This document shows, in pieces, positions 49,667 to 58,638 of a DNA stretch of 64,000 nucleotides. The translations under genes were made by a program, and so were the position numbers. Positions within the stretch are counted from its first letter, which is position 1. Each line of letters starts with the position of its first letter. Location of the stretch: NCBI GenBank assembly GCA_964454835.1, contig CAYVTU010000001.1:22020-86019 (forward strand), in the 5' to 3' direction. The notes beneath the pieces are model-generated. The model did no database searches and had not been told where the DNA came from. It saw only the letters and a list, made by a program, of their open reading frames with translations. The DNA is from an uncultured Brachyspira sp. Lineage in GTDB: Bacteria; Spirochaetota; JAAYUW01.

Positions 49667-51520
49667 TTGATGATAGCTCTTTTTGAATCTAGATTAAAAC
49701 TTGTTGTTATTATTTTTATTATTCTTTTCTTAGTTGTTTCTTTTCGACTCGTATATGTTTCAATAAGGATGAAAGATAGTCCAAATCCTTTTCAAAATAC
49801 TATCTCTTCAATTCAAAGAGGAGAAATTTTAGATAGAGACGGAAAACTTCTTGCTGGTAATTTCCTTGTATATACTGTTTTTATTGATCCTTTTATAATA
49901 AAGGATGCCGATACTGTTTCAAAAAAAATCTCTGCAGTAGCAAATATAAATGAAAACTCTTTGAAAGAAAAAATATATGAAAATAAGAATAAAAGATATC
50001 TTGAAATATTAGAGAAAATAGATAGGGAAACTCTTGAAAAAATTTTATCCTTAAAACTAAGTGGGGTATATTATCGAACCGATATTTACAGAGAATATCC
50101 ATTATCCGAAGTTATTTCTCCTTTAATAGGTTTTGTAGACAAATATAATAGAGGTTTAGAAGGAATAGAATACTACTACGACCAATTCCTTACCAGAGGT
50201 GATGAATATTGTATAAAACTTACAATAGATAGTTTTATGCAATATGCTCTTTATAATCAAATAATGAAACAAGCAGAAGAAGAAAAAGCCGATTGGGCAA
50301 TTGGAATAATATCGGAAGCAGATAGTGGGCAGATACTCGCTGTTGCAAATTACCCTTCTTTTAAACCAGATTTGTATCAAACATATGGATTAGAAAAAAG
50401 AAAAAATAGGGCTATATTAAATGTTTTTGAGCCAGGTTCAACATTTAAAGTTTTTGTTGCAGCTGCTTTGCTGGACAAAGATAAAATCGGTTTTAATGAT
50501 TATTTTTATTGCAATGGTAAATATAATGTCACAGAAAAACTTGTAATAAATGATACCGGTATTCATGGAAGAGTAAATTTAAATGATATTATTAGGAAAT
50601 CGTGTAATACTGGAATAATAGAAGCTTCGATGAGGCTAGATTCGAAAGATTTATATTCATATATAAGAAATTTTAACTTTGGAAATAAAACTGGTCTTCA
50701 ATATCCGGCTGAACCTGAGGGGATATTGAAATCTATTAACAAATGGACAAAGATGACTAGATCTATTATTAATATTGGACAGGAAATATCTGTTTCTTCC
50801 ATTCAACTTATATCAGCATTCAATTCCTTATTGAATGGAGGAATGTTATATGAACCCAGTCTTGTTTTAGAAAGAAATTATAAAAATTCAAAAAATGAAA
50901 TAAATAAACCTAAAATTATTAGAAGAGTCATTTCAGAGAAAACATCAAAAATAATCAGACAAATTTTAATTGACGCATTAAAAAGGGAAGATGCTACTGG
51001 TAAATCAGCATATACAGAAGCAGCTATTGTTGGTGGTAAGACAGGAACGGCTCAGGTTCCATATTCAAAAGGGAAAGGATATGATCCAGATCAGATTTAT
51101 GCTTCTTTTCTAGGTTTTTTTGAGGTTAATCAAAAAGTTTACACAATGTATGTTGGTTTATTAAATCCGAAGAAGAATAGGTATGGTGGTACTGCCTCTG
51201 CACCAATATTCAGGAATTCTGTGGAAATAATTTCATCATATTTAAAGGTCAAGAATGTAAAGCCAATAATTGTCCAATTAGATAACTTTAGTACACCTAA
51301 TTTAGAAATATTGTATGAAAATGCATTAAAGAGGATTATCAGCAGAGATGTTGTACCAGATTTTACTGGATTATCTTTAAAAGAATCAATTTTTTTGGCA
51401 TCAAAGCTTGGTATAAAGATAAAATTAAAAGGCTCTGGTTTTGTTTTTACGCAATCTGTTTTACCTGGAACAACCATAAATAATAATATTGTCATATACC
51501 TTGAATTGAAATATAAATAA
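49667..51520 (+). CDS. ftsI: Class B penicillin-binding protein (FtsI/PBP3-like) with a PASTA domain
   Basis: N-terminal TM, RGEILDRDG, EPGSTFK (SxxK), SCN, KTGTAQ and VPDFTGLSL. Confidence 0.85.
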   Translation: MMIALFESRLKLVVIIFIILFLVVSFRLVYVSIRMKDSPNPFQNTISSIQRGEILDRDGKLLAGNFLVYTVFIDPFIIKDADTVSKKISAVANINENSLKEKIYENKNKRYLEILEKIDRETLEKILSLKLSGVYYRTDIYREYPLSEVISPLIGFVDKYNRGLEGIEYYYDQFLTRGDEYCIKLTIDSFMQYALYNQIMKQAEEEKADWAIGIISEADSGQILAVANYPSFKPDLYQTYGLEKRKNRAILNVFEPGSTFKVFVAAALLDKDKIGFNDYFYCNGKYNVTEKLVINDTGIHGRVNLNDIIRKSCNTGIIEASMRLDSKDLYSYIRNFNFGNKTGLQYPAEPEGILKSINKWTKMTRSIINIGQEISVSSIQLISAFNSLLNGGMLYEPSLVLERNYKNSKNEINKPKIIRRVISEKTSKIIRQILIDALKREDATGKSAYTEAAIVGGKTGTAQVPYSKGKGYDPDQIYASFLGFFEVNQKVYTMYVGLLNPKKNRYGGTASAPIFRNSVEIISSYLKVKNVKPIIVQLDNFSTPNLEILYENALKRIISRDVVPDFTGLSLKESIFLASKLGIKIKLKGSGFVFTQSVLPGTTINNNIVIYLELKYK

Positions 51521-51549
51521 AAAATTTTTATATTCTAAATGAGGTTACT

Positions 51550-53538
51550 GTGTCTTTTCAAAAAAAATATTACTTTATAAATTTAAATTTTGATAATGAA
51601 CAATTAATTATAAATTCTGATGAGATAAATTTGTCTTTTAAGAATAACAAATCCAATATATTAATACCATATTTAAAAGAAAAAAATTTAATTTCTAATT
51701 ATGATATCAAAAAAGAAGCTTGGATAATATTATCTTCATTGAAAGAAAAATCTGAGAAAATATCGAGTAAATTTTCATTACTTGTTTCACCAGCTAACCC
51801 AGAAATATTTGCTTCGGTAGAAGATATGAATCTTATCTGTGTGGAGGTAATTTTAGATTTAGTAGAATATTATAAAAAATATCTTATCAATCAAGATATT
51901 GAATATTTTGATATAAATATCGAAAATGAAGCTAATCTTAAAGAGTTTTTTGAAGATAAGATTGATGATAATAAATTGATAAATATATTTATTTTCTATA
52001 ATATTACAAGTTTATCTTTAAATAGAATAATCCAATTTATGCCTGAAAAAGAGCCTATTATTTATTTTAATCCAGTATTAAAAACTATAGATCAATATAA
52101 GAAGATAGAAACAGATTGTTATGAGAACTTAAGGAAAAAAGCCATAAATATTAATACAGCAAAAAGATTTAGCAGAGATTGGACCAAGAATTTTTTAAAA
52201 AATAGCATGCATTATGCTATAAACAAAGGGGTATCACCTTTAATTAATATTTTAGAAGGGAAAATTCCCGTAACTGTTATAGGTGCTGGAAGTTCTGTTG
52301 ATGAAAAACTTGATATTTTAAAATCACTTTCAGAAATAAGTATAATGATTTGTGTAGATACTGCTTTGATACCTTTGACAAAAGCTGGTGTCAAAATCGA
52401 CTATGTTGTCTCTTCTGATTCTCAATCTATAAATAGCTTATATATTACTCATAGTGATATTTTAAAAGAAAATAATAAAAATAATAAAGAAAATATCGAG
52501 AGAAACAACCCTTTTCTCGTCTGTTTACCAATAATTTACCCTAAATTAATAAATAAATATAAGGGGAAAATAGCTTTTTCATCTATACCTTTTGCTCTTG
52601 TAAAAGATATTGATTCGTTTTCTGAGCATAAAATCGAAATTGGTTCCGGGGGGACAGTTTCAGCTTTAGCTTTTGAACTAGCAGTATTATTAAATCCTTC
52701 TGAGATTTTTTTAGTAGGAACTGATTTTTGTTATAGTTACGGAAAATTGCATTGTCAAAATTCTCTTTTTGACACAATTTTCTATAATAAAATTGGGTAC
52801 TTAAGAAATTATGAATCTTTTATCATTAAATCAATGCTTAAAGCTCATTCATTTTTAGTAATAAATGATTACGGTTTTAAATCTAGGACAGATCCAAAAT
52901 TTTTAATGTTTTTAGATTGGTTTAAGGCTCATATAAATACTCTAGAAAGGAAAAATAAAATCTATTATTTAAGTAATAGAAGTTATGGGCTTTCCTTTAT
53001 TAAATATAAAAACAACGATGAAATTTTAACTTATATAAATAATACTGATGATTCAAATAAAAAATTGAAAAGCGAAATTGTTAAAAAAATTAAAAGTATA
53101 AATTTTGAGGACAAAAATAAATCTTTAATATTAACTAAATATAAAGAATATTTAAATAAAATCAAAATTGAAGGGTTAAGTGCAAAATCTATGATTTTAA
53201 GTGTTTTAAAAAGAATTGAGAAAGATAAAGGTAGAGAAAATGAATTTAAGATAGACAATAAAAAGGATAATTTTATTGAGGTGGAAAGCAAAATTGAACA
53301 GAACAAGAATCTAGTTGAACAAAACATATATATGTTTTTAAATATGCTTGAAAAAAATTTACTTAACTTTGAAAAATTAAAGACAATAATAAACATGTCT
53401 TTTCAAGATTATCTGCTTTCTATTCAATTTGAAAATAAAGAAATTGATACTATATCTTTTTACAAAAATTTATTAAATCAACTTGATAGTATATTAAAAG
53501 AAATAAACGGAATAAATATAGATGAATTTAATGCATAG
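51550..53538 (+). CDS. Motility-associated factor (MAF_flag10/DUF115) glycosyltransferase-like protein
   Basis: VIGAGSSV, CVDTAL, SGGTVS and LVGTDFCY. Confidence 0.8.
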   Translation: MSFQKKYYFINLNFDNEQLIINSDEINLSFKNNKSNILIPYLKEKNLISNYDIKKEAWIILSSLKEKSEKISSKFSLLVSPANPEIFASVEDMNLICVEVILDLVEYYKKYLINQDIEYFDINIENEANLKEFFEDKIDDNKLINIFIFYNITSLSLNRIIQFMPEKEPIIYFNPVLKTIDQYKKIETDCYENLRKKAININTAKRFSRDWTKNFLKNSMHYAINKGVSPLINILEGKIPVTVIGAGSSVDEKLDILKSLSEISIMICVDTALIPLTKAGVKIDYVVSSDSQSINSLYITHSDILKENNKNNKENIERNNPFLVCLPIIYPKLINKYKGKIAFSSIPFALVKDIDSFSEHKIEIGSGGTVSALAFELAVLLNPSEIFLVGTDFCYSYGKLHCQNSLFDTIFYNKIGYLRNYESFIIKSMLKAHSFLVINDYGFKSRTDPKFLMFLDWFKAHINTLERKNKIYYLSNRSYGLSFIKYKNNDEILTYINNTDDSNKKLKSEIVKKIKSINFEDKNKSLILTKYKEYLNKIKIEGLSAKSMILSVLKRIEKDKGRENEFKIDNKKDNFIEVESKIEQNKNLVEQNIYMFLNMLEKNLLNFEKLKTIINMSFQDYLLSIQFENKEIDTISFYKNLLNQLDSILKEINGINIDEFNA

Positions 53539-53579
53539 ATTATTTATAATTGTAGATAAGATGATTGGTTGGAAGTATT

Positions 53580-53662
53580 TGGGGAGGATAGGATTTGAAC
53601 CTATGAAGCCGTCTGGCAACAGATTTACAGTCTGTCCCCTTTGACCACTCGGGAACCTCCCC
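53580..53662 (-). tRNA. tRNA-Tyr(GTA)
   Basis: Reverse complement anticodon arm acaga-ct GTA aa-tctgt; variable arm; acceptor ggggagg/cctcccc. Confidence 0.95.
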
Positions 53663-53665
53663 AAT

Positions 53666-53738
53666 AGCTGGCGAAGAGAATTGAACTCCCAACCTGCTGA
53701 TTACAAGTCAGCTGCTCTACCGATTGAGCTACGCCAGC
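53666..53738 (-). tRNA. tRNA-Thr(TGT)
   Basis: Reverse complement anticodon arm gctga-ct TGT aa-tcagc; acceptor gctggcg/cgccagc. Confidence 0.95.
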
Positions 53739-53762
53739 GATAACATTTGTTACGACCAATTG

Positions 53763-53790
53763 ATTGAAACAAAAAAAAATCCTTTGTCAA
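53763..53790 (-). promoter_or_regulatory. Possible promoter for the tRNA-Thr/Tyr pair
   Basis: Minus strand TTGACA-N16-TTCAAT. Confidence 0.45.
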
Positions 53791-53800
53791 GGTATTTTTT

Positions 53801-54970
53801 ATGAAAGAAAAAATGAAAAAACCAGATGTTTTTATTGTTGATGATGACAGATTAAGCCTTGAAATATTGGGTGATGCCCTTGAAAAACAAGATTTTAAGA
53901 TAACAAAATATAATAATCCATTGGAAGCATTAAAAACTTTAGCTGAAAGTGAAAAAGAGCAATGTGAGTGTCTTATACTGGATTTAATGATGCCTGAAAT
54001 AGATGGTTTTCAATTCATACAGAAGATGAATGAAGAATTCCCCAAAAAAGAAATTCCTATAATTATTTCATCTGTTAATTCTGACCTTGATTCTATAAAA
54101 AAGGCGCTTGATCTAGGTGCTTATGATTATTTCACAAAACCACTTTCCGAAGATGATTTAAATATAATGTTACCTAAGAAGATTAATAATGCAGTTTTAT
54201 TCTCTAGAATGCAAAGAGATATAATATTAAAAAATGAAAAAATGAGTAAAGATTTGATTTTAGCAAGTCAATTTATTTTAAAAATGTTTCCACAGAATAA
54301 GACTACAAATTTTAATTACTACTATAAATATATTCCATATAATGAGATTGGTGGAGATTTTGTTGATTATATAGAAACAGAAGATGAATTTGTCTTTTTT
54401 TTGGTGGATATTTCGGGTCATGGCGTTTCAGCTGCACTTGTTGCTTCTTTTTTAAAAGCCGAATTTCAAAGGTATTTTCTTTATAAAAAGGATATAAGAA
54501 ATTTTATATATCGCTTAAATAAAGAATTTATCAATAATTTTCAGGATTCCTTTTTTTGTACTATTTTTATAGCTTCATATTCAAAGAAAAATAAAAAGCT
54601 GACATATGTTAATGCAGGACATCCACCACCAATTTTGTGTATAAATGAAAAACCACTTTTATTGAAAAGTACTGGTCCTATAGTCGGAATTTTAGAAAAT
54701 TCATCGTTTTTTCAAAATGAAATAGAAATAAAATCAAATTGTCCTTTAATATGTTATACTGATGGAATGTATGAATTCTGGTTGGAAAATATAAATGAAA
54801 TGTTTGGTGTAAATAGATTTTATAAACTTTTATGTAATATTTATTTTAACTTAAAGAAAAAAAATAAGTATTCAATAAAGAATTTTGTCGATCTCTGTTT
54901 TTTATCATTAAATTCTTATAGTAAAGGAAATTATGGGGACGACCTGCTTATGTTCACTATTGAATTGTAA
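53801..54970 (+). CDS. Response regulator with PP2C/SpoIIE phosphatase output (RsbU-like)
   Basis: REC: VDDD, LDLMMP, YFTKP; PP2C: GGDF, VDISGHG, NAGHP, YTDG and DD. Confidence 0.92.
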   Translation: MKEKMKKPDVFIVDDDRLSLEILGDALEKQDFKITKYNNPLEALKTLAESEKEQCECLILDLMMPEIDGFQFIQKMNEEFPKKEIPIIISSVNSDLDSIKKALDLGAYDYFTKPLSEDDLNIMLPKKINNAVLFSRMQRDIILKNEKMSKDLILASQFILKMFPQNKTTNFNYYYKYIPYNEIGGDFVDYIETEDEFVFFLVDISGHGVSAALVASFLKAEFQRYFLYKKDIRNFIYRLNKEFINNFQDSFFCTIFIASYSKKNKKLTYVNAGHPPPILCINEKPLLLKSTGPIVGILENSSFFQNEIEIKSNCPLICYTDGMYEFWLENINEMFGVNRFYKLLCNIYFNLKKKNKYSIKNFVDLCFLSLNSYSKGNYGDDLLMFTIEL

Positions 54971-55012
54971 TATCAAGAATTAAAATTTTTTACCGATATT
55001 TATAATAGATTT

Positions 55013-55065
55013 CCCCTCCCAGTTTTTCCAGAGGCCGACTCTTCCCGGAGCCGGCCATTTTTTTT
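55013..55065 (+). other. GC-rich structured element: terminator-like hairpin with a C-rich 5' segment (candidate sRNA or attenuator)
   Basis: ggccgactc-ttcccg-gagccggcc followed by a T8 run; 30 of 44 nt are G/C; TATAAT at 55001-55006. Confidence 0.5.
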
Positions 55066-55072
55066 AAACTAA

Positions 55073-57646
55073 TTGTTGCATAAAAAGTCAAATTTCGTAA
55101 ATTTATTACATATGGGGGCATATGTGCAAAAACAGGTTATAAAAAGAATTTTATTTATAGCTTTAATTGCAATAACTATCTTATTTGGTGTTGCTCTTGG
55201 TTCTTTATTTGCTTCTTTTCAAACAGTTGATATAAGAAAGATGGTCGATGATTTCGAATTATCAATACCTACTAATATATATGATAGAAATGGCGAACTA
55301 ATTGCTCAGCTTTCTCTTGAGCAAAGAGAGATTATCCCATTAAAAGATATCCCTGAAATAGTTATTCAATCCTTTATATCTTATGAAGATGCTGCTTTTT
55401 TTAAACATCATGGTTTTTCATTTAAAAGAACTCTAGGAGCTTTACTGGGAGATTTAAAACGAACTATTACAAGAAGAGGAGGTGCATTACAGGGTGGTTC
55501 AACAATTACCCAGCAGCTTGCTAAGAGATTATTTACAAGCCAAGAAAGATCTATATTTAGAAAATTAAAGGAATTATGGTACTCTGTTCAATTAGAAAAA
55601 TATTATTCTAAACAGGAAATTCTTGAAATGTATCTTAATGAAATTTATTTTGGCCATGGTGCATATGGTATAAAAGCTGCATCAAAACTTTATTTTAATA
55701 AGGAAGTAAAAGATCTTACCATTGCAGAAGCGGCAATTCTTGCTACCCTTCCTCAATCTCCAAAATATAATTCTCCTGCTTTATATCCTGAAAATTCGAA
55801 GAAAAGACAGAAAATGGTATTTAAAAGATTGGTAGAAAATGGTTATATTAAGCAGGAGGAAGCAGATAAAAGTTTTACAGAATTCTGGGCTTCTTATAGT
55901 CAGAGGACATTTCCTACTGATTTTACTGCTCAATCTTTAACTATAAATAAAGCTCCCTATTATGTTGATGCTGTTTTAAAGATGCTAAAAAGCGAAGGAT
56001 TTACAGATGAACAGATATATAAAAAAGGATTAAATATTTATACTGCCTGCGATTTAAAAATATATCAAGCATCTGAAAAATATTTAAATGATTCTTTAAC
56101 AAAACTTAATGATTCTTATAGTAAACAATTTAAACCAATTAAAGCAGCTGTTTTTAAGGATGCTTATGATATCGCCGATTTGTTTGTTCAAATGACTAAC
56201 TCTTCTCCTTCTTTTTCACTTACAAAAAACAGTAATAAATTTAAATACTCGAAGTTAGATGAGGCATTGAATGTTATAAGTTTATTTTCTTTATCTCAAA
56301 AAGATAATAATCTTGGTTTTTCAAGTGAAAACTGGAATCTTGCATATAAAAATAGCCTTGAAACAAAAGTCTTGCAGGGAAGCATTGTTACAATTGATCC
56401 TCAAACAGGTTATGTTCTTGTTTTAATAGGAGGAACTGGCTTTACTAAACAAAATCAACTTAATAGAGCATTAAGTGGGAAATTTCAACCTGGTTCAGGA
56501 ATTAAACCATTTATTTATGCAGGAGCATTTGAAGAAAAAATCTGTACTGCATCGACGGTAATTTTAGATGCACCAATAATATATAAGTTTTCAGAAGAAG
56601 ATGTCTGGGAACCAAAAAACTATTCAGGAGAATATAGCGGTTATGTAAGGGTTAGAACAGCATTGATGCAGTCAATTAATGTTCCTATGGTCAAAGTCAT
56701 GGAATCTTTAGGAGTAATCAAAGCTAGAAAATATCTATCGAGATTCTATTCTATTAATGAATCTGAGATACCTCCATATCTTGCAACTGCATTAGGAACA
56801 ATAGGGGTATCTCCATTAAAAGCAGCCAAGGCTTATGCTGTTTTAGCACATGGTGGAATAGATGTTTTCCCTATACTAATTCGTAAAGTAGAAGATAGAG
56901 AAGGGAGAACTATCAGAAATTTTGAAAAAGAAATAATAGATAAATATAAAACCTTACCTCCTGAACAACTTAGGATAGTATCACCTCAAACAGCCTATAT
57001 AATAACTTCTATATTAACAGGAGTTGGTAAACCAGGTGGAACTGCTGCTAGTTTAGCCAATTTTAACTTCCCTTTTGAGTATGCAGGTAAAACAGGAACA
57101 ACTCAGAACTGGAAAGACGCCTGGTATAATGGATATACTCAAAATCTTGCTACTGTAATATGGATCGGATTTGATAGAAGTTCTTCTTTAGGAAAGGGGT
57201 TTACAGGAGGTGTAATAGCTGCTCCAATTTGGGGTAATATATTTCAGTATATTTTTAAGGTCTTAAAGATTAATATCCCAAACTTTTCAAAACCAGATGG
57301 TCTTGTATGGGTCAATATAGATGCAACTACAGGATATCTTGCAGGACCAGATACAAAAAAATCTTTACTGGAAGTTTTTATAGCTGGCACCCAGCCAAAA
57401 CAAATTTCAGATGGTAAACAGATTTTTTCTCTTGTAATGCCTGCTAATCCAATAGAAACAATAGCGATTAGTAGTGAACAGTCAAGTAGTACCACAAATC
57501 CTTTTTCTAATATTCAACAAACAAACACAAATCAAGATGACCCATTCGCTATCTTTAATACTTTACTAGATAATTCTAATAATACGAATACAGGCTCCAG
57601 TAATAATTCAAGTAATAGCAATTCTTCTAATAATAGTAATGATTAA
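55073..57646 (+). CDS. Class A penicillin-binding protein (PBP1A family), with Ser/Asn-rich tail
   Basis: Transglycosylase EDAAFFKHHG, GGSTITQQLAK, YLNEIY; transpeptidase QPGSGIK, SIN, KTGT. The true start is probably GTG 55124 or ATG 55112. Confidence 0.95.
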   Translation: MLHKKSNFVNLLHMGAYVQKQVIKRILFIALIAITILFGVALGSLFASFQTVDIRKMVDDFELSIPTNIYDRNGELIAQLSLEQREIIPLKDIPEIVIQSFISYEDAAFFKHHGFSFKRTLGALLGDLKRTITRRGGALQGGSTITQQLAKRLFTSQERSIFRKLKELWYSVQLEKYYSKQEILEMYLNEIYFGHGAYGIKAASKLYFNKEVKDLTIAEAAILATLPQSPKYNSPALYPENSKKRQKMVFKRLVENGYIKQEEADKSFTEFWASYSQRTFPTDFTAQSLTINKAPYYVDAVLKMLKSEGFTDEQIYKKGLNIYTACDLKIYQASEKYLNDSLTKLNDSYSKQFKPIKAAVFKDAYDIADLFVQMTNSSPSFSLTKNSNKFKYSKLDEALNVISLFSLSQKDNNLGFSSENWNLAYKNSLETKVLQGSIVTIDPQTGYVLVLIGGTGFTKQNQLNRALSGKFQPGSGIKPFIYAGAFEEKICTASTVILDAPIIYKFSEEDVWEPKNYSGEYSGYVRVRTALMQSINVPMVKVMESLGVIKARKYLSRFYSINESEIPPYLATALGTIGVSPLKAAKAYAVLAHGGIDVFPILIRKVEDREGRTIRNFEKEIIDKYKTLPPEQLRIVSPQTAYIITSILTGVGKPGGTAASLANFNFPFEYAGKTGTTQNWKDAWYNGYTQNLATVIWIGFDRSSSLGKGFTGGVIAAPIWGNIFQYIFKVLKINIPNFSKPDGLVWVNIDATTGYLAGPDTKKSLLEVFIAGTQPKQISDGKQIFSLVMPANPIETIAISSEQSSSTTNPFSNIQQTNTNQDDPFAIFNTLLDNSNNTNTGSSNNSSNSNSSNNSND

Positions 57647-57678
57647 GTAATTTTATAAGTATTCGGAGAGAAATTATC

Positions 57679-58638
57679 ATGCCACATACCTGTATAGTGA
57701 TAAATCCAAAAGCAGGTAAAAAGATATTTATCAACATCTATTTACCTCTTGTCCTTTCTGTGTTTGATGAACATGATATAAGTTATGATATAAAATATAC
57801 TAAGCGTAGTGGTGACGCAACTGACATAGCAAAAAAACATAAGGATGAAGTTGATTTTTTTACTATATTTGGTGGAGATGGAACAATAAAAGAAGTCCTT
57901 GCTGGTATGTTTGATAACCCAAAACCTATTGGTATTATCCCATTTGGTACTGTAAATGTATTAGCCCTTGATTTAGGTATTCCATTTGACCCTATAGGTG
58001 CTGCAACAACAATTGTTTTTGGAATTAAAAAATATATTGATGTAGGTGTTATCAATCAGCAACCATTTGTTTTAATGGCATCTATAGGTATAGATGCCGA
58101 AGCTGTACATAATATTAACATAAATGCTAAAAAATTGATAGGAAAGATTGCTTACTTTACTTCTGCTATTAGATCCCTTTTTGTCTATAAACCACAGATT
58201 CTTACCGTGAAAATAGTAGATAAGCAGATAGTCGATCATGGCTATATTGCGATAATTTCAAATTCAAGATTCTATGGTGGTAAATTTACAATAGATGAAG
58301 ATACGAAAATAGATGATGGTTTATTGAATCTTTTTTTGTTTAAAAAAGGTTCGTTTTTTGACACATTTAGACTTTTTATGGGAGTTCTTACAAAGACTCA
58401 TAACCAGATGAAAGATATATCTTTTTATACCACATCAAAAGTATTGATTTCCTGCAAAAAAAAAGCTAAAGTTCAAGTAGATGGAGATATTGCCTGCTAT
58501 CCACCGCTAGATATATCAATTAGACCTGGATTTTTACCTGTATTTGTTTCTGCTCAGAGATTTTTTATGCCAGAGATGACTAAAAAATATTTGAAAAGAT
58601 TTTTTAAAAAATTAATAAAAGAAAGAAAGAAAAAATGA
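57679..58638 (+). CDS. Diacylglycerol/lipid kinase (YegS/DgkB family)
   Basis: NPKAG, GGDGT, PFGTVN and QVDGD. Confidence 0.92.
   Translation: MPHTCIVINPKAGKKIFINIYLPLVLSVFDEHDISYDIKYTKRSGDATDIAKKHKDEVDFFTIFGGDGTIKEVLAGMFDNPKPIGIIPFGTVNVLALDLGIPFDPIGAATTIVFGIKKYIDVGVINQQPFVLMASIGIDAEAVHNININAKKLIGKIAYFTSAIRSLFVYKPQILTVKIVDKQIVDHGYIAIISNSRFYGGKFTIDEDTKIDDGLLNLFLFKKGSFFDTFRLFMGVLTKTHNQMKDISFYTTSKVLISCKKKAKVQVDGDIACYPPLDISIRPGFLPVFVSAQRFFMPEMTKKYLKRFFKKLIKERKKK

Noticed and set aside
360-57495. Numerous 60-134 aa antisense or alternate-frame ORFs in the track (e.g. 11603-12007, 27731-27994, 32112-32441, 51139-51495)
   Set aside because: All lie within confidently called genes and show no recognisable motifs.
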